Of a DNA stretch of 64,000 nt, positions 27,628 to 39,456 are shown piece after piece (positions within the stretch are counted from its first letter, which is position 1; each line of letters starts with the position of its first letter). Below the pieces are notes generated by a model. That model was not told the origin of the DNA and did not search any database. It saw only the letters and a program-made list of their open reading frames with translations. This DNA is from Octopus vulgaris (Eukaryota): assembly GCA_951406725.2 (NCBI GenBank), contig OX597817.1, positions 76,880,001-76,944,000 of the forward strand, in the 5' to 3' direction. Both the position numbers and the translations under genes were made by a program.

Positions 27628-28042
27628 GGTAGCGAGTTAGCAGAATATTTAGCACGCCCGGGAAAAATACTTAACGGCATTTCGTCTGTCTTTATGTTCT
27701 GAGTTCAGATTCCGCCGAGGTCAAATTTACCTTTCATTCTTTCGTGACCGATAAATTAAGTACCAGTGGAACACTAGGGTCGATGTAATCGACTTGTCCC
27801 CTCCCCTAAATTTCAGGTCTAGTGCCTACAGTAGAAAGGAATATGCTAAAATGTAATCGCCGGGCAATATGCTTTGTAACATTTCCTCCGTCTTTATGTT
27901 TTGAGTTCAAATCCCTCTGAGGTCGACTTTGCTTTCATCCCTTTCGGGGTTGATAAAATAGGTATCAATTGAGTACTGGGGCCGATGTAATCGACTTATT
28001 CCTTCCCCTGAAATTGCTGAACTTGTGCTAAAATTTGAAACT
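27628..28042 (+). mobile_element. Two tandem SINE family C copies
   Basis: gagttcagattccgccgaggtc and gagttcaaatccctctgaggtcgac. Confidence 0.8.
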
Positions 28043-29342
28043 AATATGTTAAAAAGTAATATTTATCCTCTGCTTAAAGTGGATGTTGTGTTAGAACATA
28101 GGATACTGCGTTATTTATCCCGAGAGGACCTTATGAACTTGTGATGCATAAAAGTACACGTATTTATATTTCTGGCGGACGAGAACCATCCACTGCGGCC
28201 GCTGTGATCTGAAATGAAGAATAATATATTAAAAGTTTAAAGTACCAGGTAATGTTCGCACAGATAATACGGTATAAAAAGTGGAGTCAATTTATTTTTA
28301 AGAAGCCTTTGTATATTCATAGGAAAACAAGACAAAAAAGAGACATTTGTCTGTTAAGAAGATAGCTCTTATGTTTAAGTGGAAAGTTGAATTTAAGTTG
28401 GCAACAAAGTTAGGTTTTAGTGCGTGGCTAGTATGAATTAATGTAGAGGTGTGTGACTAAGAATAAAGCTGCTATACTGAGGGTATAAAGAAAGTAACCT
28501 AAGTTTGTATTCAAAGAGTAGTGGAGAATAGTTAAGAAATTGTCAGTGTGATACTAAGTTTAATTTCGCGTGATAAGATCAAAAGTAAATCAGTATCAAT
28601 ATAATTAAATATAGATTAACAATGGATTTTTATAATTTGTCAGTCATGTAGTAAGTTAAATAACAGTTTTGCTGGTACAAAAATGTAAAATAAATTGTCT
28701 ACTATGAAATCATGATTTGCTAAAAGTGTGTTCAAGTTTAAAAATGGTTAGCATCTTCATGAGGAGAGGTAAAACCGTTTTACTAATTCATGGAAAGGTC
28801 GAGATTAAGTAAAATGCTGAGTTTTGATTAAGAGAATAAAGGAATGGGAAGTTTGTAGGACGTAGATACTGAGTAGTATCGTATAAGTTTTTTATCTTAT
28901 AGTCAACAGAGAAGGGACTGCCCATGACATATTACAGGCTCTCCGAAACTGGTTAAATGGACGGAGGAAGCTGCTAACAAACCGGAAATGTGATCCGAAT
29001 GTTTACTACAAAATTGAGTCCTCTAAAGGCGCCCAAGGTAGCAGGTAGTGGTGTTAAGCGGGGAGACATGATAAGTCTACTATTCAAGTGTGTAATTCAG
29101 GATTTGAATACAGAAGGTGAAGAACTGGAAGAAATACAGCAAAGTGGCTGGTATTACTTCATTACAGTTCTGCCAATAACTTCTATTCTGATTACGAAAG
29201 GTATCGGAATGTTGGATTTTAAGCTAATATCTTAATTGCCTAAAATCTTACCCAACAATTAGTACTCAGTACCGTTTTCCTTTAAAATACTTGTAGAATG
29301 TTATGCAGTTATTAGACAGACATGTATACATGAATGCATATA

Positions 29343-29551
29343 CAGGCTGTCCCAGAAGTCGCGCATCATTCTGGGTTTCATTTAAAATAATTAAAGCATT
29401 TTGTTTTATTATATTTTTTCAGCATGTTTTATTGCAGAGGGTGCTCAATTTGAGCATTTGTTGCGAACAATTTCAATAAAGTGTTTTTGAAACCAATAAG
29501 GGTATATTCTTTTAAAAAACCAGGATGGTGCGCAACTTCTGGGACACCCTG
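29343..29551. mobile_element. Tc1/mariner MITE (209 bp), TA target duplication
   Basis: TIR caggctgtcccagaagtcgcgcatcattctgg versus rc cagggtgtcccagaagttgcgcaccatcctgg; TA on both sides. Confidence 0.88.
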
Positions 29552-29621
29552 TACAGATGTACATACGTGCATACATATATACATGTATACGTATATAGTA
29601 TACACATACACACATATATAT

Positions 29622-29656
<35 letters not shown>

Positions 29657-29714
29657 CATACATATACATACATATATGTATGTATGTGTTTAAGTATTTA
29701 TGTATATATGTATG

Positions 29715-29766
<52 letters not shown>

Positions 29767-29829
29767 CATACACATGACTTGATGAATAAACTGTCATCTA
29801 AACTACGCACAAATGAAAATTACACTGAC

Positions 29830-30060
29830 ATCTAATTTTAACAGATATATTTATCAAAATTACACAACAATACCTTGAAATACTAAAGAGTAAATGTATT
29901 CAATAAAATCGCCATTGGCTTCAAACACGGACTCCACACAACTTTGGAATCTCCTTCAACTCTTCTGGATGAGCTCTTTGTTTATATTGGTGAATAGAGG
30001 TATAACATCGCCATCACTAGGGACCACTCCAAACACAATGAAGTTGACTGGATGCTTGTA
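29830..30060 (-). pseudogene. Internally deleted Tc1/mariner transposase fragment
   Basis: KHPVNFIVFGVVPSDGDVIP fused to RRFQSCVESVFEANGDFIE. Confidence 0.65.
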
Positions 30061-30597
30061 AGGCTTGTAGCGTTCCAAAGAGTCATAACAATAAAATCAC
30101 TTCTTTTTTTACAAAAATTATATAGGTATATTAAAAAACAGCCAAAGCTCCCTTGAATTGTTCACCTTTACCTCTGAAAATATTTACAATTTTCTTTTGA
30201 GCAAAAAGGCTCCTCCTGTGGTTTTTATGTTAAAAAAGAAAATGGCCAGAATCAGTCCGGATAGTTATTACTGTAAGGCTTATAGCGTTCCAAACAGCCA
30301 TAACAACAAAATCACTTCTTAATTAAAAAAAATTATACCGGTGTATTAAAAATTATTTTACCAAAAATATGCATTTAACAAACTCCTGAAATGATAATAT
30401 TCTTGTAATCGTGCCTCGTATCTAAGTTATACAGCTATTTTGTGTAATAGCATGCATTCATTCAACATAAAATCATTTTAAAGTTATACCGGTATATTAA
30501 AAATTTTCATTTTATCAAATATATTCGTTTAACAAACTCCAGAAACTGATAATGTTCTTGAAATTGTGCCTCGTATCAAGGTTATAACGCTATTATT
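30058..30597. repeat. Diverged overlapping tandem duplications
   Basis: gtaaggctt.tagcgttccaaa at 30058 and 30273; tttaacaaactcc.gaaa...gtgcctcgtatc at about 30375 and 30528. Confidence 0.75.
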
Positions 30598-30611
30598 AAA
30601 TTATCATTAAT

Positions 30612-30671
<60 letters not shown>

Positions 30672-31488
30672 GCAAATGAAGACAGAAAATGTCGTCCGCA
30701 ACGAATTAACATTGTTTATTTTTAAACATTAGAATCTCCTCCGCGCAGTGAATGCAGTGAATATTTAAATTTGTGAAAAACTGGATGCAGTGAATGCAAT
30801 GAAAATCTAAATTTGCGAAAAATTGGAGTTCAAAACTTTCTTAAAAGACGGTCAAGTCTTTAATAATTGCTTTCTATTAGTTCTTTTAGTAACTGTTACA
30901 TACCTAATTAATAAGCAGCTTTCTCCATTGTAATATAGATGATTGTTTTAGCTTTATCTTTTATTCATTAGATTTTGCAGATTTCATTATTAAATTTTTA
31001 CGGCTAATTTGCAACACGAACGTTCCTACATTCATATGTGACGTTTCCAGATCTTCACCGTCTTACTTTGAAGAATTGGATGCGTTGTTTCTTATATCTC
31101 TTTGAATTTATGTAAACTTACCACCAAAGTCTTTTCAATCATCAGACTTCGACGTCAGCAGTCTTGTGTTGATTTATTTAGTTGTGGTCAAACGTTTTAT
31201 AGTTAGGATTTCATGCCAGTAGCCAGTCACGTGCTACATTTTTGATGTGTGTGTTGTTTGCGTGCATATTTTAGTATTGTATATTGTGGTATGAGTATCG
31301 CTTCCTTGATTAATTTTCTATTTTTGCAGAGGCATTTTGTAGAGTATATATTACCCTCTAAAATGTTTTCCGTTTTCTCTTTTTTTAACTAATTTTCTTT
31401 TGTCATGCGTGATATACTGTGTGGCGATTTCTCTTCGTTGTAAACGCACGTGTATGTATGTATGTATGTATGTATGTATGTATGTATG

Positions 31489-31542
<54 letters not shown>

Positions 31543-32415
31543 TATATACTTATATACATATATATATATACATACATATAAATATGTGTGTATGTGTGTG
31601 TAAATATATATAGGTGTGTGTGTGTATATATACACGCCAGAGACAATGATAAATAGATATAAATTGATAGACTCTTAAACAATAAAAACATATAGAAACA
31701 TATGTAAGCGTAAATGTATATTCAAACAATGTGCGCCTCAGTGTGTGTGTGGGTGTATGTTCGTGTGTATCTGTGTATGCATATTAATGTGTGCAAGTGT
31801 GTCTGTGTTTGCCCGTCTATGCATTTATGTTTTACGAACACAAATGAAATGTAGAATGACTTGCTAATCAGATTTGTAAATATAAATGTATATCTATATA
31901 GAGTTCATAAGGGTGTTGAATTATTGGGAATCAAGAGTGAAAGTATGTCAAAATAGCTCGCCGAACGCATCGCATCCGTGAAAAAAATCGATACGCCGAT
32001 TGAAAACGGACAAGAAATGTGTGAAAATCTAACAAAGCATGAAATAAAGTCAAATATTTGAAATGCGAATTTACTGACCTTCAACACGACGTCGACCACC
32101 ACCACCACCACCAAACCCACCAGCACCACCTCCTCCACTACCACCACCATAAATAAGATTACAACCATTGTCATCACTATCATGATCGCTACTATCAGCA
32201 TAACACCGCTGACGATTCCACAAACAGCAGCAGACCACAAACTCCGTCCCCACCACCATCACCACCAACACCACCACCACAAAAACAGCAACAACAGCAA
32301 TCATTCTTCTTATCATCATAGCCAACACCATCAGCACAACACATCTATGGATTCCACGACCAGCGCTACCATTATCAACCCCACCACCACCACCAACACC
32401 ACTAGTACCTGCATC

Positions 32416-32447
<32 letters not shown>

Positions 32448-32665
32448 GAACGCCGTCACCATCTCTACCAATTCCAGAACCCTCACCACTACTACCACCA
32501 CCGTTACCTAAAAAAACATCAGTACCACGACCACCACCATTACACGCCACTACTATCACTATGACCAGTAAGCACCACGACCATTATTTCAATTCTTACC
32601 AACGCTACACTGTTTCAATCACTATCACCACCACCACCACCACTGCTACAATCACTATCAACTTA

Positions 32666-32717
<52 letters not shown>

Positions 32718-32718
32718 T

Positions 32719-32761
<43 letters not shown>

Positions 32762-33048
32762 GTTGCTACTACTGCTGCATAACTGTGCAACCTCATTCAT
32801 TCCACACAAACACAAAATATCATCACGCGTTAAAAAAAAATATTGAAATTGCGATGGAATATACAGGACAAGTGATAAATATTAAGACACAACTGACATA
32901 CTCCAACCAAGGCCACCATGACTGAATCCATATATGGCCTCCACAGCAAACTCGTGGTAGACAAGCGTAGACTGGACAATGCGGGGAAAGCAACGCGGTG
33001 GAACATTACGTCCTAATTAATGATTCACAGTACGGCATGTCACAGGGT

Positions 33049-33300
33049 GGAGGCGCATGGCTTAGTGGTTAGGGGTATTGGACTCTTGATCATAAGTTTG
33101 TGGTTTCGATTCCAGAACCGGGCAATTCATCGTGATCTTGTGCGAAGCACTTCGTTTCCCATTGCCCCAGGTCACTCAGCTGGCAAAAGGGATTATTTCT
33201 ACGACGGACAGGTGTCCCGATCCGGGTAGTATATACACCAGAAAATCTAAGAAACCAGCTCTATGAGTCTATATAATTCGGGAAAGGGCTCTCCTTCATC
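33049..33300 (+). mobile_element. tRNA-derived CORE-type SINE
   Basis: ggaggcgcatggcttagtggttaggg...ggtttcgattcc...cactcagctggcaaaa. Confidence 0.8.
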
Positions 33301-33529
33301 TTTATGTCACAGTACAAACTAGAGCTATGCTAGTATGCATAGTAAGGGATCGATCCTGAATAGAGTGCTATTACTTCGTATATACCATAGACTTCATATA
33401 AACTATAGGTCCGCTGGATTAGAGGCTTAAAAGGTTAGAGATCCTTGGAATTGTACAACAACCGCTAGAACAATAATCGCTTCTAGCATAGGTCAAAAGC
33501 AAGAAATTCAACAGAGGGGAACATATACT

Positions 33530-35022
33530 GGCTTCAAATTTTGGCATAAGGCCTGTAATTTTGCGGGGAGGAGCTAGTTGATCACATCGATCCCAGTGCT
33601 TGACTGGTACTAAGTTTATCGCTTCGGACACTGTGAATATCAAAGTCGATCTCGGCGGAGTTTGAACTCAGAACGCAAAGGCGGACGAAATGCTGCTAAG
33701 CATTTTGCCCTGCATGCTAACACTTCTTCCAGCTCACTCTCTTAGAAGAGTTTATCGTATTGGTTTCAAATTTTGGTTCAAGATCAGTAATTTCGGTGTG
33801 ATTACATCGATCCCTGTGCTCAGTTAGTACATATTTCATCGATCCCCGACACGATGAAAGACAAAGTCGACCTCGATGGAATTTGAACTCAGAACGTCAT
33901 GATAAACGAAATTCCGCTTAGCATTTTACCCGTTCTGCTAGCTGGGTGCCTATGAACAGTTTATTATGTTTCCACCATGACTTTACTGATGTTTTATCTT
34001 ATCGAGCCTGAAAAGATAAATTTCGAAGTTGACTTCGTTAGCAAATACCGCCAATCATACAATCTGACGCTCTAGCAACTTTATTAATTAACCACCTTTA
34101 GCAACAACATTAATAATTAATTCCGATATTGGTACAATGCTAGTAATTTTGAAGGGGGGGGGTAGTCGATGTCATCGTCCTCAGTACGTGACTGACAGTT
34201 TATTTTAACAGCTCTGAAATGAAGAAAGGCAAAATTGGTCATGGGTGGGATTTGAACTCAAATGATTTTTACTGACTTGCTAATCTACCTCCTTGTAACA
34301 TCGATAATAGTCCTTTCTACTATAGGCACAAGGCATGAAATTTTGGACGAATGTGGTGGGGTGGGTGCTCGTCGATTATATCAACCCCAATGCTCAACTC
34401 GTACTTAATTTCATCGACCCTGAAAGGAAGAAAAGCAAAGTCGACCTCAGCCGAACTTGAGTTCAGAATGTAAAGACGGACGAAATGCAGCTAAGCATCT
34501 TGGTTCGGAGTGCTAATGCTAATACCAGCTCACTGCTTTAACGCTTTATATATATATATTTGGGGGTTTGGGGGCTAGGAAGAACTGTTGATTATAACGA
34601 CAGAGAAAATGGAAAAAAATAAATGCGACGGTGTCGGAATTCTAACTCAGTATGTAAAGGCGGAAGAAATGCAGTTAAGCGTTTTGTCCGGCGTGCATTG
34701 ATTCTGTCAGCTCGCCGCTTTAATACATTATATATCCTTAAAATCCTTAAAAATGTTTTAGCCCGAAGGCCGCGGCCATGCTGGGGCACCACCGCTGGTC
34801 GTTATATAATAATTGTTTCAAATTTTGGCATACGGCTAGCAGTTTTTGAAGGGAAGGATAAGTCGATTACATCGACCCCCACTTCATACTCTACTGGTAA
34901 TTGTTTTCACTAACGCCGAATGGATGAAAAGCAAAGTAAAACTCGGCCGAATTTGAGCTCAGAACATAAAATGACGCTAAGCCGGAACGATTCTGCTAGC
35001 TCACCGATTTAGTAATTTATGT

Positions 35023-35096
<74 letters not shown>

Positions 35097-35710
35097 CAAC
35101 AACAACGACGACGACAACAACAACATCAACAACGACGACGACAACAACAACAACAATAATAATGTGCTTTTGTGCACCCACACACGCAAGGAATTGCTTT
35201 TGCGGGGTTTGGAGTCTGGGGCAACCGTTGACTATATCAACTCGGAAAGGGGAAAAAAGTAAATGTAACCTCGGCAGATTTTGACCTCAGAATATAAAGA
35301 CGGATGAAATACCGTTATGCATTTGGTCCGACGTGCTAACGATTCTGCCAAGTCACCGCTTTAGCTCCAATAATAATTTCTTATTTTTGTACAAGGGCAG
35401 GAATTTTGAGGGGAGGATGTTAGTCAATATCATCAGCATAAGTACTTGGCTGGAAATTTTTCTTATTGACCCAGGGAGCATCAAAGAGCAAGATTGACCT
35501 CGGTGGGATTTGAACTCAGAACGTAAAATGCCAGAAGAAATATCGCGAAACATTTATTCTGATGCTCTAGCGATTATGCTCATATATCTCTTCTACTCTA
35601 GGCTCAAGGCCCGAAAATTGGGGCGGCGGCGGGGCAGTTGCTTACATCGAACCAGTATGGAACTGGTACTTAATTTATCGACCCCGAAAGGATGTGAACT
35701 TAGGACGTAA
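33530..35710 (-). mobile_element. Head-to-tail array of about 10 SINE family C copies
   Basis: Recurring aaattttggc, gattacatcga and atttgaactcagaa modules, all in the same orientation. Confidence 0.8.
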
Positions 35711-36115
35711 ATTTATACTCATATATCACCGTTACAACAACACTAACAGTAGCAACAAATGAACTACTACTACTACTATTACTAATGTTGCTGTTGTGTT
35801 AACATCGACGGTGACTACCTCTTATAATGCTACTTACTAGAACAAAACCATGTCTCGGAGTATAACGTCCCACCAACGATAAGAGTTGCTATCAGCGACT
35901 CAATAAATATAACAAAACAAAATCAACAATAGCAGCAGCGGCCGTAGCAGCGGCAGCAGTGGCATCAGCGACAGCAACAACAACAACAACCAAAACGAGA
36001 ACAATAACAACAACAGAAACGACAAAAGCAATAGCTGCAAGAACAAGGGGCGGAGACTTACATCGAAGTCACTGAACCTAAACGATCTACAACAGTTCTA
36101 TTAACAATCTTAATC

Positions 36116-36157
<42 letters not shown>

Positions 36158-36681
36158 CGGGGCAGAAAATAAAGAGAACAACGTATTTGTAACGTTACAT
36201 AGGTTCGTTCGTACTAATTCTAATGATGATGGTGATGATGGTGCTGAGAGTGATGAGGAAGGGAAGGAGGGAGATGTGGAAAAAAAAAGGAGAGGGAAGG
36301 CAGCGAAAGTGGCAAATATTTGTAATGAATTGTTAAAGCGATACTAAATCGGTGCCAATTCGACTTATCAGAGAGACAGCCTAGACAGAAGAACAGACAA
36401 GCAGGGAACAGCTCGTAGTCACACTTTCTCACAACCCCAGCCTCCATTACATACAATTCAATTAATAATTGCTTATAATATAAGCACAAGACCAGAAATT
36501 TGGGATGGCAAAGAGACTAATCGATTAAATTCACGCCAATATTTGACCATTACCATCTTTTATCGACATCGAGAGTTGATCTAGGTCGGATTTGAACACA
36601 GAACGTAAAAGACCGTAGCTAGATGCCAGTAAGTATTTCGTCTGACGAAATGATGTGCCCTAAAGTGATACATATATATAT

Positions 36682-36892
36682 ATTTCTTTACTGCCCACAA
36701 AGTGCTAAACACAAAGAAGACCAACAAGGACAGACAAACGGATTAAGTCGATTACATCGGCCCCAGTGCGTAATTGGTACTTAATTTATCGACTCCGAAA
36801 GGATGAAAGGCAAAGTCGACCTCGGCGGAATTTGAACTCAGAACGTAACGGCAGACGAAATACGGCTACGCATTTCGCCCGGCGTGCAAACG
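36682..36892 (-). mobile_element. Young SINE family C copy
   Basis: Nearly identical to 16735-16940. Confidence 0.85.
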
Positions 36893-37022
36893 AAAGAATT
36901 AGCTTTCTTCTTTCTGGTTTTGAGAAGCCTAATTTCTCAAGATTTGTATTTAGGCAGTGAATTACATATCCCAGAGTCAATAATTACAGCTATAAACCTT
37001 ATGTATATGTGTATGTATGTAT

Positions 37023-37099
<77 letters not shown>

Positions 37100-37454
37100 G
37101 TATATATCGTGTGTGTATATATATACGTATATATACATGTGTGTGTATATATATATATGTATATCTATGTGTGTGTGTGTGTGTGTGTCATGTGTGAGCG
37201 CGCGCGCTCGTGTGTGTATAAAAATAGATAGAAAACAGAAGTCAAAGGCAGGTGAGGGAACAACAAGTAGGTGTATTGGTGTGTTGCTCGGAAAGAATGG
37301 AAATGTCTTTGTGGTTTTGAGTCTTTGCTCTTTGACAGAGAAGGATGAGGGCCAAAAAATGAAGAGAGAAAGACAAAAAAATGGTGAAAAAAGAAAATGT
37401 ACCTGGATTAACGGTTTAACATAATGAAATGACTGATAGGTATACATATACATT

Positions 37455-37770
37455 CGCGCATGCGTGGTTGTGTTGCAAGGAACTTGCTTCCCAACCACAT
37501 GGCTCTGGATTCAATCTCAGAGTTGTAACTTAGGCGTGTGTCTTCTGCTATAGCCTCGGGCCGGCCAAAGACTTGTGAGTAGATTTGGTAGGCGGAAACT
37601 GAAACAAACCTGTCTTGCTTGACAACCGGTGTTGGTGTGTTTACGTCCCCGTAATCTAGTGGTTCAGCTAAATATACCGATAGAATAAGTATTAGGCTTG
37701 AAAATAAGTCCCAATGTCGATTTGTTGGGCTAAATCCCTTCAAGGCTGCAGTCAAAATGCCTGAAACATA
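37455..37770 (+). mobile_element. SINE family B
   Basis: cttgcttcccaaccacatgg...gatttggtaggcggaaactgaaa. Confidence 0.8.
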
Positions 37771-37791
37771 TATCAAAAACTATGTGTTATA

Positions 37792-38090
37792 ATCACCGTG
37801 ATCACCGTGACCGACCAGGCTATCAGATGTTGCTATACACCGCTGGTCACAATGCGCTTCGCATTGTTTTAGCCTTCAAATGACGCCACCCCGCTGGCTA
37901 AGCGAGCAGGCCAACAGAAGAAAGAGTGAGAGAAAGTTGTGGCGAAAGAGTACAACAGGGATCGCCACCACCCCTTGCGGGAGCTTCGTGGAGCTTTAGG
38001 TGTTTTCGCTCAATAAACACTCTGGGAATCGAAACCGCGATCCTACCACCGCGAGTCGGCTGCCCTAACCACTGGGCCATTCCGCCTCCA
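37792..38090 (-). mobile_element. tRNA-derived SINE (head, body X, tail T2)
   Basis: rc ggaggcggaatggcccagtggttagggc...ggtttcgattccc. The body matches 14060-14140 but the tail differs. Confidence 0.85.
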
Positions 38091-38348
38091 CATGTGTTAT
38101 AATACTATTCCATATACACACAAACAACTATACCAACAATCCAACATATCTCCATCATCAGCTGCCCCACGGTTATCATTATGGTTTCGATAACTGGGCA
38201 GCAGCATTCAATCCGTCGGTGTCAGCAGTACTAAAATAAGTGTTGTTTGGGAAGAAACATACCAAAGAAACCACAAAGTTCAAATACATTTACCCTATGT
38301 ACAACCATATCGGTGATTAAATTCAATAAGTAAATTACAACCAACGTG

Positions 38349-38415
<67 letters not shown>

Positions 38416-38514
38416 GCATATACATATATATATACCGGAGTAAGCACATAAATGTGAAACAATGTGTATTTATTTATTTATGTATTATATATATATGTAA
38501 GGATAATAATCATA

Positions 38515-38960
38515 AGTGGATGTAAACACATGAACAAAATAAGAATAAACAAAAACAACAATAACAAAAACAAATTACATGAACGTATATAAACAGAAGA
38601 TGCATATATTACAGGCATCCCCCCACACACACACTAAATAAAAATAGACGCACATAGAGATATAAGCATGCGCAAATGAAGACATACAATAGAAATACAA
38701 AATGGCTAACGGTTAGTAAGGAGAGACACAAGTAAGAAAGAAGAAAACAAAGGACCACTGATGCGGTCACAGAAGTGTGACGAAAAAACTCTGGCCGAAA
38801 TAAGATTAAGATTAATGCAAAAAATAAATAACTCTGAAGCAAAGTAACACCAAATATATAGTGCGTGTGTTTTTATTGGCTAAACTGGCAAAATGACCAT
38901 TCCGAAATATAATAATATCTGTTTCAACACACGACTTCACATAAAAAATCTTGCACAACA
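38515..38960 (+). mobile_element. Non-autonomous hammerhead-bearing repeat, copy 2
   Basis: Inverted homologue of 6015-6425, lying between (TA)n tracts. Confidence 0.75.
38752..38796 (+). ncRNA. Type I hammerhead-like motif, variant core CUGAUGCG
   Basis: GGACCA-CTGATGCG-GTCAC-AGAAGT-GTGAC-GAAA-AAAC-TC-TGGCC. Confidence 0.6.
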
Positions 38961-39030
38961 AATATATAAACGTACTATATAAATTTATATTTATATATAT
39001 ATCAATTTATATTTATATTTATCAATTTAT

Positions 39031-39107
<77 letters not shown>

Positions 39108-39111
<4 letters not shown>

Positions 39112-39421
39112 CGTCGAGCTTACGATCGTGAGGTTGTGAGCTCGAATCCGGACCGGGCTGCGTGTTGTGTTTTCGAGCAAGGCACTTTATTTCACGTTGC
39201 TCCAGTTCACTCAGCTGTAGAAATGAGTTGCGACGTCACTGGTGCCAAGCTGTATCGACCTTTGTCTTTCCCTTGGATAACACTGGTGGCGTGGAGAGGA
39301 GGCTGGTATGCATGGGTGACTGCTGGCCTTCCATAAACAACCTTGCCCGGACTTGTGTCTAGGAGGATAACTTTCTAGGTGCAATCCCATGGTCATTCAT
39401 GACCGAAGGGGGTCTTTACCC

Positions 39422-39425
<4 letters not shown>
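39108..39425 (+). mobile_element. tRNA-derived CORE-type SINE with tail T3 (5' clipped)
   Basis: gagctcgaatccgg B box; tcgagcaaggcactttatttcacgttgctccagttcactcagctg. Matches 58583-58898. Confidence 0.85.

Positions 39426-39453
<28 letters not shown>

Positions 39454-39456
<3 letters not shown>

Noticed and set aside
32071-32796. Gly-, Thr- and His-rich ORFs resembling mucin or transcription-factor low-complexity regions
   Set aside because: Degenerate (ACC)/(ACT) repeats open in several frames, with no splice or domain evidence.
33530-35710. CRISPR-like repeat-spacer array
   Set aside because: Units are about 200-bp diverged SINEs in eukaryotic DNA, with no cas genes.
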